A stretch of DNA of 63,253 nt, counting the filler, from Phoronis australis (Eukaryota; Animalia; Phoronida): NCBI GenBank assembly GCA_002633005.1. It is 5 parts of 5 records of this genome, joined end to end, with 100 filler letters (N's around TTAATTAATTAA, not from the genome) between each part and the next. Parts side by side here need not be neighbours in the genome. Positions count along the whole stretch, not along the records: positions 32,063 to 36,537 come from NMRA01002577.1; positions 36,638 to 46,522 come from NMRA01001370.1; positions 46,623 to 60,971 come from NMRA01000639.1; 2 more parts are not named here. The stretch is one strand, 5' to 3'. Position numbers and translations under genes: made by a program. Below are positions 34,537-48,566 of the stretch, one piece after another. The notes beneath the pieces were generated by a model, which was given only the letters and a program-made list of their open reading frames with translations, did not search any database and was not told the DNA's origin. Every line of letters begins with the position of its first letter. The first letter of the stretch is position 1.

Positions 34537-36190
34537 AACAAGAGCAACGCGGAGCGTTGAAATGCGCCCACAATTGCACCGCATACGGTATCCTTCTAGG
34601 GTTGTTTATTGGTACCATAAAGTGGCCAGTAGAGGGCATACTTTGCAAAATGGAAAGGCATGGTCATTGTCTCCTCAATAGGCTAGGGGCAAAATGTGAG
34701 TAATCTTCATAATACAAGCACATCCTATACACCAGTTGCTTAAAGCACCACAGAAACANNNNNNNNNNNNNNNNNNNNNNNNNNNNNNNNNNNNNNNNNN
34801 NNNNNNNNNNNNNNNNNNNNNNNNNNNNNNNNNNNNNNNNNNNNNNNNNNNNNNNNNNNNNNNNNNNNNNNNNNNNNNNNNNNNNNNNNNNNNNNNNNNN
34901 NNNNNNNNNNNNNNNNNNNNNNNNNNNNNNNNNNNNNNNNNNNNNNNNNNNNNNNNNNNNNNNNNNNNNNNNNNNNNNNNNNNNNNNNNNNNNNNNNNNN
35001 NNNNNNNNNNNNNNNNNNNNNNNNNNNNNNNNNNNNNNNNNNNNNNNNNNNNNNNNNNNNNNNNNNNNNNNNNNNNNNNNNNNNNNNNNNNNNNNNNNNN
35101 NNNNNNNNNNNGCAAACTACGTCGAATCCATCCGAAAACGGCAGGATAGCGTCATCTCACTACTAGGTGCCTACATACCAAATTTCATGAAAATCCGTTC
35201 AGGACTTTTGAAGATACAAAGGTAAGCGTAAAAAAATAAAATTGCCACTAGGGGGCACACCGGTAGTCGGATCCGTCCGAAAGTTCGCACATGCCGTCCC
35301 ATTCATAAATGGAACATATGTGCCAAATTTCATGAACGTATGTCAAAGGGTTTTGGAGATAGAGCAGCGGACGCCGGACGGACGCCGCCCGGACGGACGG
35401 ACGGACGGACAGAGATGACGGCATAATGCGTCCACATATAAATATGTGGGCGCATAAAAATCTGAAACAAAGAAAGCACATACCACTAATAAAGCAAGAA
35501 TAACGCAGAGCGAGCGTTGATATGCACCTATCACGTGTACAGCATATAGGGCAGATACACGATTGCTGTTTTAAACATTCCCATTAAAGGGAGTGATGTT
35601 CCTAAATTTAAAATAGCTTCCAGGCGGTGCGTAGCAAGTCAGTAGTGAACTCCTCAATAGGAACACACCTGCCAAGATCGTAAAAAATTAAAACTCCGTT
35701 GTCATCATCAGCTGTCACGTTCATAAAAATACACTTTCCGAATTTCACAAAGATCCAGCAGGGGTTTCAGAGAAATAGCTGTGAATGCAAAAACGCAAAC
35801 TGCCTCTAGGGGGTACCACAGTAGTCCAAACAGTCCAAAAATCAACATCAAGCTAAGCTCTTCCCAGTAGGAATACATTTATCAAATGTCATAACAACCG
35901 TTACAGTGGTTTGGCCAATAGAGAGATGGATAACAAAAACAAACTAAAAAATAATAAATACAGCCACTAGGAGGTGTAAACTATGTCGCCTTCTTCAGAA
36001 AATGAGAGGGTGTCATTACCTCTTCAATAGAAACCAACCTTCCAAATCCCATTAAATTTTGAACTCATAAGATAACGGGAAAATAGAAAAAAATAAAATT
36101 GCCACTAGGGGGCACAGCAACGGACAGGTGTGTCCAAATGTTGTCGTTACTCGTAGCTACTTTCGTACAAATACACTTGCCAAATTAAGG
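34537..36190. mobile_element. Cluster of HINE/DINE-like elements with about 150-bp core repeats
   Basis: The same hairpin and (GGAC)n occur at 35370-35460. Cores with GCCACTAGGGGGC recur at 35244, about 35802, about 35963 and 36101. Confidence 0.7.
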
Positions 36191-36637
36191 TTATATCAAA
36201 CCTTATTCAGTGGCCTCCATTCTAACTTGAATGTCAAAAAACTAGGCTTTGTCAACTAGTAAAAGTTTATATTTTCTGAAAGAAAAAAGGTCAGGAAATA
36301 TAAAATATTTGATATTTATGTACCATTATTATTATTACGTTAATACCTTTTTAAGTCAAAATTTCGTTTTTAAGAAAGGCAAATTCATAGCAAAATAACC
36401 CCTTGGTTAATTTTCATGAAATATTTTTTTAAATGAAAACTTATACCAGTTATTTCAAAAGAGCTGTCAGGAATTTTCGATTCGTCATTTCATTTGGTTT
36501 ATATGACAAAACAACTCGTAATATGTAAGGTATTTTTNNNNNNNNNNNNNNNNNNNNNNNNNNNNNNNNNNNNNNNNNNNNTTAATTAATTAANNNNNNN
36601 NNNNNNNNNNNNNNNNNNNNNNNNNNNNNNNNNNNNN

Positions 36638-37435
36638 CGCCCTTTGTTTTCCCAGTCTTTTTTGTGTTCCTGCCTTTTTTGTTTTCCTGCCTTTTTGTTT
36701 ACCCACCGTTTTTGTTTTCCCGCCCTTTTTGTTTTTTCCCGCCCTTTTTGTTTTTCCCTCCCTTTTTGTTTTTCCCTCCCTTTTTGTTATTCCCGCCCTT
36801 CTTGTTTACCTGCCTTTTATTGTTTTCCCGACCTTTATTGTTTTCTCACCATTTTTGTTTTACCGCCTTTTTTCCCCGCCCTTTTTGTTTTCCCCCTTTT
36901 TGTTTTCCCGCCTTTTTTCATTTTATTTTGTTTTACTGCCCTTTTTGTTTGCCTCCTTTTTGCTTTCCCCGTCTTTCTTGTGTTCCCGCCTTTTTTTTGA
37001 AAAAAGGTTTTAAAACAGAAAAAGGCGGTAAAACAAAAAGGTGGGACAACAAAAAAGGCGAAAAACAAAAAGCGGAAACGCCATAAAACCTCCGGAAATG
37101 AAGAGGCTGCAAAATAGCTAAGTCTCAGGAATTCAAAAAAGGGAATTCACAAAGGGTGGGAAAAACAAAAAGCGGGATAACAAAAAAGCGGGAAAACAAA
37201 AAAGCGGGAAAGCAATAAAGGGCGGGAAAGCAAAGAAAGGCAGGAACACAAAAAAGGCGAGAAAATAAAAAAGGCGGTAAAAACAAAGGCGGGAAAACAA
37301 AAAGCAGGAAAACAAAAAGCGAGAAAACAATAAAATGCTGGAAAAACAAAAAAGCGGGAAAATAAAAAGGCGGGAAAACAAAAAGGGCAGGAAAAACATA
37401 AGGCGAGAAAACAAAATGCGGGAAAAACAACAAAG
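36638..37435. repeat. Inverted minisatellite arrays (TTTTTGTTTTCCCGCC)n then (GGCGGGAAAACAAAAA)n
   Basis: Units of about 15-17 bp. The strand switches near 37000. Confidence 0.85.
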
Positions 37436-37439
37436 GTAA

Positions 37440-40400
37440 CTCCAGTTATACATGACAAATATTGCATTAATTTCATGCAGTTTTCTTTACATTTCAAACA
37501 ATCATTACTGTAACATGTCCATTTCTGGTTGTTCGCATGATATCCATAAACCTTTTGTGAGGGGGATTTCTTGAACTATTCATAACGTATCATCAATGCA
37601 TCAAAATTCTAGAGTTCACTTATTCTTAGTGTTTTATAGGTCTTTTATATTGATATTGATTTAATGACAGTACAGACTCATTTAGTTGTTTCATTTCACA
37701 CGAGTCTATTAATCAAGGCATTCTCTAGTTCATTCCATGATACACTACTCCATTCTGATAAGCGAGGGTGTCACCCATTTTGTTATTTCAGCGTGTTATA
37801 CAATGGTGTTTGGCCCAATTCAATGAAGAAGCATAATTTGCTTTCCTCACATATTGGACACACAGCACTAATTATTCAGTGATAGCATGTAACTCCATAA
37901 TTTTACCATTTGTGAAAAAGGAACCACCACTAGATGCAGTGCAAAAATTCTAAACCCAGCCAAATGCTAGCAGAAAATTTTTGCTAAATGATGAGCATTG
38001 AAAAAGAAAAAATGCTGAATTGCCCTTATGCCTCAGGATCATGAATGAATTTCAGTTATAGTTTTAGTAACCATGTTTGATCAACATGTTCACTTGGGCT
38101 AAAATTAAATTCAGCCAGCTATTCAATTTGTTGTCCCCTGTTCATTCACCATCCCTATCTTCCTTTTTCACTTGTTAAACAAATTGTCATATCTCTGTTT
38201 ATTTTTTACCCTTTCGATTTTAATTTCCTTTGTAACAAATTTTATCTGTGTTTATTCATTACTTCTCATGAACTCGTTGATTCCAGAAATTTTCAGAATT
38301 CAGTAGTTTTAATGCATTTCATGGATTCAATCAGTTGTCCCTATTCTTTTTTCCATTTACCATTTGCATTGGTGTGAAAGGTTTGAAAAACAACACCGTC
38401 ACATCAACTCATAATACTTCAGGGGCCCATTGGTTTCCTTGATTTATAGGCTCATTTATTTTTAGCGTTTTGCTTCTTTGCAATCAATGCCTTTGTTTAT
38501 GTTGCAGGTTCTGTCATCACTCTACACCCGTTTTATTCTTCATTATTGATTTTTTTTCATTATTTCATCATATATTATTGCACCTTCCTTTAATTTGCTG
38601 TTTTATGAATCCATTGCTTTTCACAGAACCAATAATTTTTCACCTTTACATGGTTTGTTAATTCACCACATTTCATGACTCCAGTTATAACATTTTCAAC
38701 TTCCAATTACATAAATAAATGAATGTATTCCCATGAAGTTGCATTCTACAAATGGATTATTCGATTACTGCTGATAGATTTGTTCATTCAGTGCATTTTG
38801 AAGATTCATTAATTCAAACAAATTTTGCAGTTTCATTCAATGGCCACTGATTTTCTTTATCAATGACAGAATACGAATTACGTATTTTTTAATTCGCCAA
38901 CTTCCAGGAGTTAATTTCTTTTTTACATTTTACAGCTTATTTATTTCTCTGTTTATTTCATAACGCATTCAGTTGCACAGGGCTCCAGAAATTTGATGAA
39001 TTGTTTTCTTCAATGCATGATGCATTCTACCATTCAAATATTTCTACATTCTTTGGGGGTGTGAATAGCATTCTGATAATCCATGGTGTACACAAATCAA
39101 ATCACTTCTTTGTGCTGCCCAGACAACATGATCTCTTGAACTAGTACCACGTTTGGTAATTAAGTCATATTTCATGGATACGGTGTTTTTGCATTTGATA
39201 GGTTCACTTATTTTTCGCTTTTTGGTCCCTTGGACTCCATGGAAATATTTACATTACGAGTTTGAGGGCTTATTAATTCATCAGACATTACTGAACCATT
39301 ATTTATTCTGTTCCATGAATCCTTTGAAGTATTAAAAATAAAATGCATTGGTTTTCACAAGAGCAATAATTCATCACCTTTCAATAATTTTTCAATTCAT
39401 CACACTTCACGACTCCAGTCATAACATTTGCGGTTTCAAATTACATTATATAAAGATTCCTTTGATGGCTGTGTTTTACACAGGGATTAAATTATTGCTG
39501 TGTTTGAAGATTCATGAATTCACTCAATTTCACAGTTTATATATTTGTTGTACTTCAAAACCAAATGTATGTGATGCATTTCATGGATTTCCTAACCACT
39601 TCATTGCATGAAAGATAATTAATCCATCAAACTTCGAGAATTCTACAGACTCATTCTATTGTCACATTTTTCAGGACTCCACTAATTCCATGCACTTATT
39701 TGTTCAATTTGTAATAAATTACTCCATTCTAATTTCACTGCAGTGTTTTGGGGTATTAAAATTACTCTAAAAGCAGTGGGATACACAAATCAACTCACCC
39801 ATTTTGTTGTTCAATCAATGGTGTTTGGCACAATTCAACAAAAAAACAAGTTGCTTTCCTCACATATTGGAGACACAATGTTAATTGTCAGTGATAACAA
39901 TGAATTCCATAATTTTAGAATTTGTGAAAGAGGAACCACCACTTGGTGCAGCATAAATTAATTGTAAACCCAAGTAAATTTGAGCAGGTCACTTCTCCCT
40001 GTAATGAATGATGAATATTAAAAAAGAAAAAATGCTGCATTGCCCTTTGCCTCAGGATGGTGAATGAACTTTAGATTTAGCAAGAGCTGAGTATGAAAGT
40101 TACTTTTAAGAATACTATAGTTGTAAAGAAATCTTATGGTTTTGATAGCCATGTTTGATAAACATGTTCCCTTTGGCTGAATTCAAACTCAGCCACCTGT
40201 AGAATTTGTTGTCTCCTGCACTTTCACCATCCCTACCTTCCTTTTCCACTGGTTTAGCAAATTTTTACATCTCTGTTTATTTAATACATTTTTTCAATTT
40301 TCTAACCCTTTGTACGTTTCCTTTCTGGTTAACATATTCCAGCTCTATTAATACATAACTTTTCATGAACTTGTTCACTACAGAAATCAATATCTCCTTG

Positions 40401-43400
40401 CATTTGAGGGGTGCAGTCAGTTTTCCCTTATATTATTTCCATTAACCTTTTTCATATGTGGGACACAATTGACTAGCAGCACTGTAGGACTCTGATTACC
40501 CTGACATTAACTCATAACATTTCATAGGGCCTTCGGTTTTTGCATTTTACGGGTTAACTTATAGTATTTTATTGTTGATTTGCGATATTTTGGAGATACA
40601 CCATTCTCCAGATATTATTGCTATACTTCATGGGACTCCATTAATTTGGTACTCTATTTCTTCAATATATGATGCATTTTACCATTCAAATTTCCAGTCA
40701 TTCTGATAACCAATGGTGTGCACAAGTCAAGTCACCCCTTTGAGATGCTCAAGCTACATATCTTTGGCTGCATTTAGCCTTTTTAATGGGCTCATTCAAT
40801 TTTCAGAATTTACACATGATCTCCATTAACCCTTGGCATTTGTGATGTTTCTTGAACGAGCACCACACTGGGACTTTGTTAACCTCACATACTGTTTTTC
40901 TATTGACTCGTATTTCATGGGTCCATTGTTTACTTTTTTAGGTTCACTGATATTTACCATTTTACTTCCTCGCAATGTACACGTTCTGTTATTATGCTAC
41001 ACCAGCTTGTTGATTGTGATATTTTTAGGGGATTTTCAATTCGGGGAACAGTGTTGTACCATTAATGTTCTCTTCAATGAATCCTGAATTCCTTGGTTTG
41101 CTTGAAGCATTTATTCCTCATTTTAATGGTTTCAATTCATCGCATTTCATGGCTCCAGCTATAACATTCTCAACTTGCACTTTCATCATTATATAAAATC
41201 CTTGGATAGGTACATTTTACACAGGGATCAATTTGTTACTGCACTTGAAGATTCATGAATTAATTGAATTTCACAATTTCATTTATTTTCCGTACTTTAA
41301 AACCAAATTGATGTGATGCATTTCATGAGTTTTCTAACCACTTCATTGCAATCTTTGGGGGGTATTAAAATCACTCTTATAACCAGAGGGGTACACAAAT
41401 CAAGTCACCCATTTTGTTGTTCAATCAATGGTGTTTGGCAAAATTCAACATAAAGTTTATTTCCTCACATATTGGAGACATAATGTTAATTGTCTGTGAT
41501 AACAATGAATTCCATGATTTTAGAATTTGTGAAAAAGGAACCACCACTTGGTGCAGCATAAATTTATTGTAAACCCAAGTAAATTCTAGCAGGTCACTTC
41601 CCCTGTAGTGAATGATGAGCCTTAAAAAGGAAAAAATGCTGCATTGCCCTTTGCCTCAGGATGGTGAATGAACTTTAGATTTAGCAAGAGCTGGGTACAA
41701 GTTACTTTTAAGAATACAATAGTTGTAAAGAAATCTTATAGTTTTGATAGCCATGTTTGATAAACATGTTCCCTTTGGCTGAATTCAAAGTCAGCCACCT
41801 ATAGAATTTGTTGTCTCCTGCTCATTCACCACCCCTACCTTCCTTTTTCACTTGTTTAGCAAATCTTTACATCTCTATTGATTTACTACATTTTTCATTT
41901 CAATTTTCTAACCCTTTGTACATTTCCTTTCTGGTTAACATATTCCATCTCTATTAATACATAACTTTTCATGAATTTGTTCACTCCAGAATTCAATATC
42001 TCCTTGCAGTTGATAGGTATAGTCAGTTTTCCCTGATATTATTTCCATTGACCTTTGCGATACACGATTGACTAGCAGCACTATAGGACTTTGATTACCC
42101 TGACATTAACTCATGATACTTCATAGGGCCTTTGGTTTTTGCATTTTACGGTTAACTTATTTGTAGCATTTCATTGTTGATTTGTGATAATTTGGAGACA
42201 CGTCATTTCTCCAGATATTATTACTATATGGGACTCAAATAATTTGATGCACTATTTCTTCAATATATTATACATTTTATTATTCAAATTTCCATACATT
42301 CTGATAACCAATGGTGTACACAAGTCAAGTCACCCCTTTGAGATGCTCAAGCTACACATCTTTGGCTACATTTAGCCTTTTTAATGGGCTCATTCAATTT
42401 TCAGGATTAACACATGATCTCCATTAACCTTTGGTATTTGTGATGTTTCTTGAACGACTACCACAATGGGACTTTGTTAACCTCACATACTGCTTTCCTA
42501 TTAACTTGTATTTCATGGGTTCACTGTTTACTGCAGTTTTTAGGTTCTCTGATATTTATCATTTTGCTTCCTCGCAATGTATACGTTCTGTCATTATGCT
42601 ACACCAGCTTGTTGATTGTGATATTTTAGGGGATTTTTAATTCAGGGAACATTGTTGTACCATTAATGTTCTCTTCAACGAATCCTGAATTCCTTGGTTT
42701 GCTTAAAGCAATTATTCCTCATTTGAATGGTTTCAATTCATCACATTTCATGGCTCCAGCTATAACATTCTCAGCTTCCAGTGTCATCATTATATAAATC
42801 CTTTGAAAGGTACATTTTACACAGGAATCAATTTGTTACTGCACTTGAAAACTCATGGAACTTCAGGTTCATTCACTTGTCGTACTTCAAGACTCCATTC
42901 ATTGGCTGTATTTCATGGATTCTTCACCACTCGAAATCAATGCTCCTTTGTTGTTCAGATGCATATTCATTATAATTTTATGAGTTGACTTATGTTTAGT
43001 AATTTATAGGTCATTCTTTTTCTCATTTGATGACATTCTACAGATTCATTCAATTATTCGATTTGACTTGACTCCATTAACTTGGTGCAGTTCGTAATGC
43101 ATTACTTCGCTCAAAATTCACTACATTCTTTGGACGTAATAGGATCACTCTGACAAGTAGTGCTAAAGTCCCTATTTTGTTGCACCAGCTTGTTATACAT
43201 TTTTTTCTGGCACAATTCAATAAAGAAGCACAAGCTGCTTATCTCACACATGCAACACACAATATTACTTGTCAATGATAACAATGAATTCTGTAATTTG
43301 ACAGTATCTGAAGAAAGGAGCCACCATTTGATGTAGCATAAAATAACTGTAAGCTCTACTTGTCTAACCAAATTACCACAACTGAATGATGGTTATTGAT

Positions 43401-43470
43401 TACTGCATATATATTTGTTCATTCAGCTCATTTTGGAGATTCATGAATTCATGAAATTTTAGTTTAATTC
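37440..43470. repeat. Large degenerate tandem array, unit about 1.6-2 kb, about 3.5 copies
   Basis: The anchor aatggtgtttggc.caattcaa...ttcctcacatattgga..cac recurs at about 37800, 39817, 41427 and 43205. 39760-41350 and 41360-42900 are the closest pair. Confidence 0.85.
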
Positions 43471-43748
43471 ACTCGTTGCACATACATAACACTTCTGAAT
43501 ACCGATCCTGCACACCTCTGATGCGTTCATGTCTCGTTTATTACATGTATGGTTTATATTAGGCATCTATGTTATAGCGGGCACAGTGCAGAAGGTTGTG
43601 AATCTCCACGTTAAAGTTCCTGATTACATTAGTCTATGAGTTTGATACATTTCATAGTTTCATTTGATTTATACCATTTGGCAGGTTTTTTTGTCCTTAA
43701 CTCGCGTTTACTTGGTTCATTTATTTTCATGTGTTTTTGGTTCATTTA

Positions 43749-44008
43749 TGTTTCGCTTTTAGCTTTGTCACTCAACGGTTTCACTTAGTTATAGCATTTC
43801 TCAGATTCGTCACTTTCATACCATTGCACCGTTATTGTTTCGCATTTAGCTTTGTCACTCAATGGTTTCACTTAGTTATAGCATTTCTCAGATTCGTCAC
43901 TTTCATACCATTGCACCATTAATGTTTCGCATTTAGCTTTGTCACTCAACGGTTTCACTTTGTAATAGCATTTCTCAGATTCGTCACTTCATACCATTGC
44001 ACCATTAA
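43749..44008. repeat. 87-bp tandem repeat x3
   Basis: tgtttcgcatttagctttgtcactcaa... starts at 43749, 43836 and 43923. Confidence 0.9.
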
Positions 44009-44425
44009 TTCGTCACATGTTACAAATTCATTAACCAATGAAGGAATTGTCATCTGCCCACCAGGCAAGATTAAACCTAGTTAGCATGTCTGAATTTAAT
44101 GCCCCACTAATTCTTCAGATTAAAAGCAATGATGACAATCTCTACTCTAATAATATCCTCTGTGAATAAAACTCAACATGGGGGAAGACTTTACTCGTTT
44201 TACTTGATTGAAATCCTTCTATGAAAAACTTGACAGGAAAGTTTTACCCTTTTCACGAGAGTTATTCTAGTTGTTGACTAAACTAGGGACACTCTCCTCA
44301 TAGTTCACACTTTACTGCTCAACATCCCAATTACCCCAAGCCTCATGCAAAAAATATAACACTCATATTTCTGTACCCTTATCACTCATAATAAATCACC
44401 TTTGTTTCTCTTATATACCTCTCCT

Positions 44426-44522
44426 TTTTATCTCTGGAAACGGAGCTTGGGACGCAACTTTTTATCTTTGGAAACAGAGCTTGGGACGCACTTTTTTATC
44501 TCTGGAAACGGAGCTTGGGACG
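44426..44522. repeat. About 32-bp tandem repeat x3
   Basis: tttttatctctggaaacggagcttgggacg is repeated. A related single copy lies at about 45043. Confidence 0.85.
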
Positions 44523-47500
44523 TACCTATCAATTTTGGATTATACTTCAAACATAAATGGTATTTCACTCATTAAATATACTTATGTGAGAATACGGACT
44601 CATCTTGCTTATACCACCATTTTTTCTTCATTCGGACTCATCCACTAATCCTTTGAATAGATTTGCACACGACGCACTAGGACACTTTATTACCAGTCTC
44701 ACTATTGGTTCGTTTCTGTTATTTGCCTTGGTCAGCTGCTCCTGGCTCCTATTGACTGATGATTATCACATGTCTCAGAGTTAACCTTTGTTCTCAGTAA
44801 TCATGTTTCCTGTCATTCCTTGCTTATAAGCAGCTCTTAAGTTTAAGTAAAATCTTTCTTCATTTTCCCCACTCACTACCACGCCCCTTTTCTAGTGGTT
44901 CCTCTTACCTGAGTGCTACGCTTTTCATTGCTCATCTTTCCAGAGATTATTATTTTATGTTTACTTATTATTTAACACTCATATTTCTGTATCGTTATCA
45001 TGCATAATAAGTGACCTTTGTTTCTCTTATACACCTTTCCTTCTTTGGAAACGGAGCTTGTGACACACCTATCAGTTTCGGGACATGCTTCGTACATGAA
45101 AATCATTATGCACACACTTACATTTGCCGTCGACGTCCTTAGTACATTGTCACACTCATCCTAAACACACCCATGCACACTCATATTACCTTGTCCATCG
45201 ATACATGTCAATCATAGACACTGATGCTTGACGTCAGGTTGTTGATGGTAGGTAGAGCCACCTGCAATCCCATTCTCCACTAGACTGAATGGCTGAAACT
45301 AGGGATTGATATCCCTGAACACCTTTTTATACAACAATGACATGTAATAAATAAATATAGCTCACGGTCTTGAAACTCACTAACGCATCAGTATACATGT
45401 CTGCAGCTGGCAATCACCTTTTAACTACAAGATAAGTTACATTACCCATGAGGATGACTTGCAAGTTAAGTCATGCATGGATGCCTAAACAGAATTTTTG
45501 AGAAATCTGAGATGGATTTAATTTCCTTGTGCCAGTTCCCATATCATTTTTTCACTCAACATGTGAGCAGATCACGACATATACAGCAGAAGTACTGAGA
45601 CTGAATCAGCAGGAAGACCTGATCACTTAGAGCTAATTTGGCCATCTTATTGGTGAATTCTCGATCAATTCATCTGATCCCTCTGCTGTGTATTATGCTA
45701 TCCCTAAATCAACTATGCAGGCACCAAAGAGTGTCCGTACATCAAAGCCTTCCATCTAATCTCCAAACAAAGACTGTTCGCACATCGATACCTGATATCA
45801 ACTGTTCACATGTCAACCATTCACACATCGAGGAACATCCATACATTGAGGTTCACCATCTAACACCTACATACCGATCGTTCACGTATCAAGGAGCATC
45901 CAGGTATCGAGGATTGTCATCTTTTGTCCACAAACCAACTGTTTGCACATCAATGGCTGACATCAACTGTTCGCATACCAATCTTCCAAACACCAAGAAG
46001 CATCCTAGCATCAAGGATTGTCACCTGCTGTATGCATGTCAACCGTCCACACATAGTGGAACATCCCATATCCAAGATTACCATCAAATGTTCGCATATC
46101 GACAGCCCACACACTGTGGAACGTCCATTCATTCAAGGATTGGCGACTACTATCCATATGTCAACCTTCCCCATATCGAGAAATGTCAATGCATCGAGGA
46201 TCGACATCTTCCGTACACATATCAACCACCCTCACATCAAGAAATGTCCACTCATCAAGGTCCACCATCTACCGGCTACAAACCAACTGTTCGCACAACA
46301 GCATCTACCATCGGCCATCCGCATAGCAATCTTCCACACACCATGGAACATTCACACAACTAGAATCGTCAACTACCATTCACCTACCGATCATGTGTCC
46401 ACTGATGCCTGCCATCCACTGTATGCATATTGACTGTCCCCCCACCGGGACAGTCATTATACGTACAGTCCATTGACCATATGCATATTGACTATCCCGG
46501 TGGGGGGATAGTCAAGATGCATNNNNNNNNNNNNNNNNNNNNNNNNNNNNNNNNNNNNNNNNNNNNTTAATTAATTAANNNNNNNNNNNNNNNNNNNNNN
46601 NNNNNNNNNNNNNNNNNNNNNNCCGCCACTGCCAGGTATACAAGGAGATATGTTGGTTATTGCTTATTACACGTTTTCGTCGCACTAAAATTGATTTATT
46701 TTATTGATTTGAATTTGGCAATTTTGCTTAACACCCTTGTGCGGGCCTTTGCTAAAATTGAAAGTTATCCATCGGTCTTAGACCTTGTGAGATGTAGAAG
46801 TCAAATACTGCGGGCCGGGAAAACACGGACAATTTCATCTGCACTCAACGTATTGCTTTTAATCTTAAACAAAACCAATATGGAAGCCACTCATGATCTG
46901 GTGTTTACAAAAATCAGCTTACCGGAGAGGCCCATTTGCTCTTCTTAAACAGGGTATCACGTTTAAGAGCACCGATGCCTCTGTCATTGTCTGCGGTTAT
47001 GTCACGCTTTGTGCTGCGATTTTTTTCAAACAGTTAGTGTTGTGGTCAGAGTAAAAAAGGAATGTCATGTACGTTAATGACAGTTGAAATCCATTCAGTG
47101 CCGTAAAGACGGTTCGCATATTTGGACAGGAAAATCTCCCAATGTCTATGCATCCACTTATCTAAATTTCCAATCTTGAATAAAAATTAGAAAATATTGC
47201 CGCTTCATCAGTTACTGACGGACTGCTCTCCGGCTCAGTTTTGTTCCTGTAGTTTATAATTACCTTTATCGTCAAGCCGTATCTCTGCTAATGTTCTTGT
47301 TTGTAACCCCTAAACTGATCGGATATAAATAAATTTCATTTTTTACTTTTTCATCCAGCGATACGGGCGGCGGGGACGGGCCGTTGAAACACGCTCGAAC
47401 TGTGGTTAAAACACGCCGAGTAGTCACGCCGGTTGAACAGAAATAACCATAGTGTGTAATGTATGCTGCTATCCTGATATATTTTTATATTATGCGCTGA

Positions 47501-47555
47501 TATATTTTAAATTGCTTGCTTATTTTAAACTCTACTCTGGCTCGATATCAAAGGC

Positions 47556-47730
47556 GGAATTCCCCTTTGACCTACTTAACTATAATTATGACGTCAAATG
47601 CGGAAAGGAATTCCTTCTCGCTACGTGACTTGTGGCATGAAAGCAAGTCGTCACTCACCACGCACGAGTCAGAACAGGTCACGTAGTCATTTTAGTTTCG
47701 CCAACTGTGCTGGAAAGTTGTAGAAAGAAG
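47556..47730 (+). promoter_or_regulatory. Putative promoter and non-coding first exon of the NMES1-like gene, with kB-like, CRE and HRE-like motifs
   Basis: GGAATTCCCC 47556-65, TGACGTCA 47589-96, TACGTG 47622-27, CACGTA 47680-85, and a strong donor aag|gtgagt at 47730. Confidence 0.45.
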
Positions 47731-48566
47731 GTGAGTCTATTTTATAAAAACATGAATGAAAATATTATCAGTCTGTCTTCTTAATAAGCATGTATAAAGT
47801 GCGGGGTGAGGTTTTGTTGAGCCATTTGTCAAAGTTGAAGTTTTTTGACGTGTTCGCATTTTCGGAAGCGTTGTGAATGTGAAACTGCTGTTGAAGCTAG
47901 TTTCTTTTTGTCTCTGTGACGTTTGGCATTGTGTTCTGAACTATATAGAACGTGACGAGTGACGTAATTTGTGTGTCAACCTTCTATTCTCCGAGTTGAG
48001 AGATTATTCGCTGAGTGACATTTGACCGACCACCACTGTGACTATCCGATAAACGCAACACTGTTCTATACGATAGGGACTCGAGGCTTGAAAAAATGTG
48101 TATGTAACATTACACGGAGTTTAATCTCTGTACTCGAAATTCGCCTCGAAAATGGCCCCCGGTTTGACTTTTTTCAGTCAATACTGAGTATAAGCATTCG
48201 CAAGTATCTATATGACAAGATTGGCATGGCATGCTTCGAGTTAACTTAGAAATTTGAACTCCTCACGCGGCGTGATTGGTTATAGGCTAAGTTTCAACTT
48301 CGAGTCTTCGAGTTCAGATATTAGATCCTGGGGCCAGAACTCTTTGTCGTTTTGTTTTTTCTGGCTCCACAAATTCGTATGTAAAACCACGAATCAATAA
48401 TCAAATGTTAGCGACTAATTTACCAGTAGTATCTTTACCGCGNTTCGTACAAGACTGGTAATCTTCATCTGTTGACTTTATGCACATTTTATTTGTTTAA
48501 CTCACGAGTATATTGCAGTGATGTATCCCCCCATTTTTCTTTTAAGGCAAATCCTCGGAAGAAAAA

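Noticed and set aside
36644-37497. Phe-rich ORFs resembling membrane proteins
   Set aside because: They are translations of a low-complexity minisatellite.
43749-44522. Regularly spaced repeats as a CRISPR array
   Set aside because: The units are contiguous tandem copies with no unique spacers, there are no cas genes, and the context is eukaryotic.
45638-46433. 241-aa and 169-aa His/Pro-rich ORFs
   Set aside because: They overlap in two frames over a degenerate C/A-rich repeat, with non-ATG starts and no recognisable domain or splice structure.
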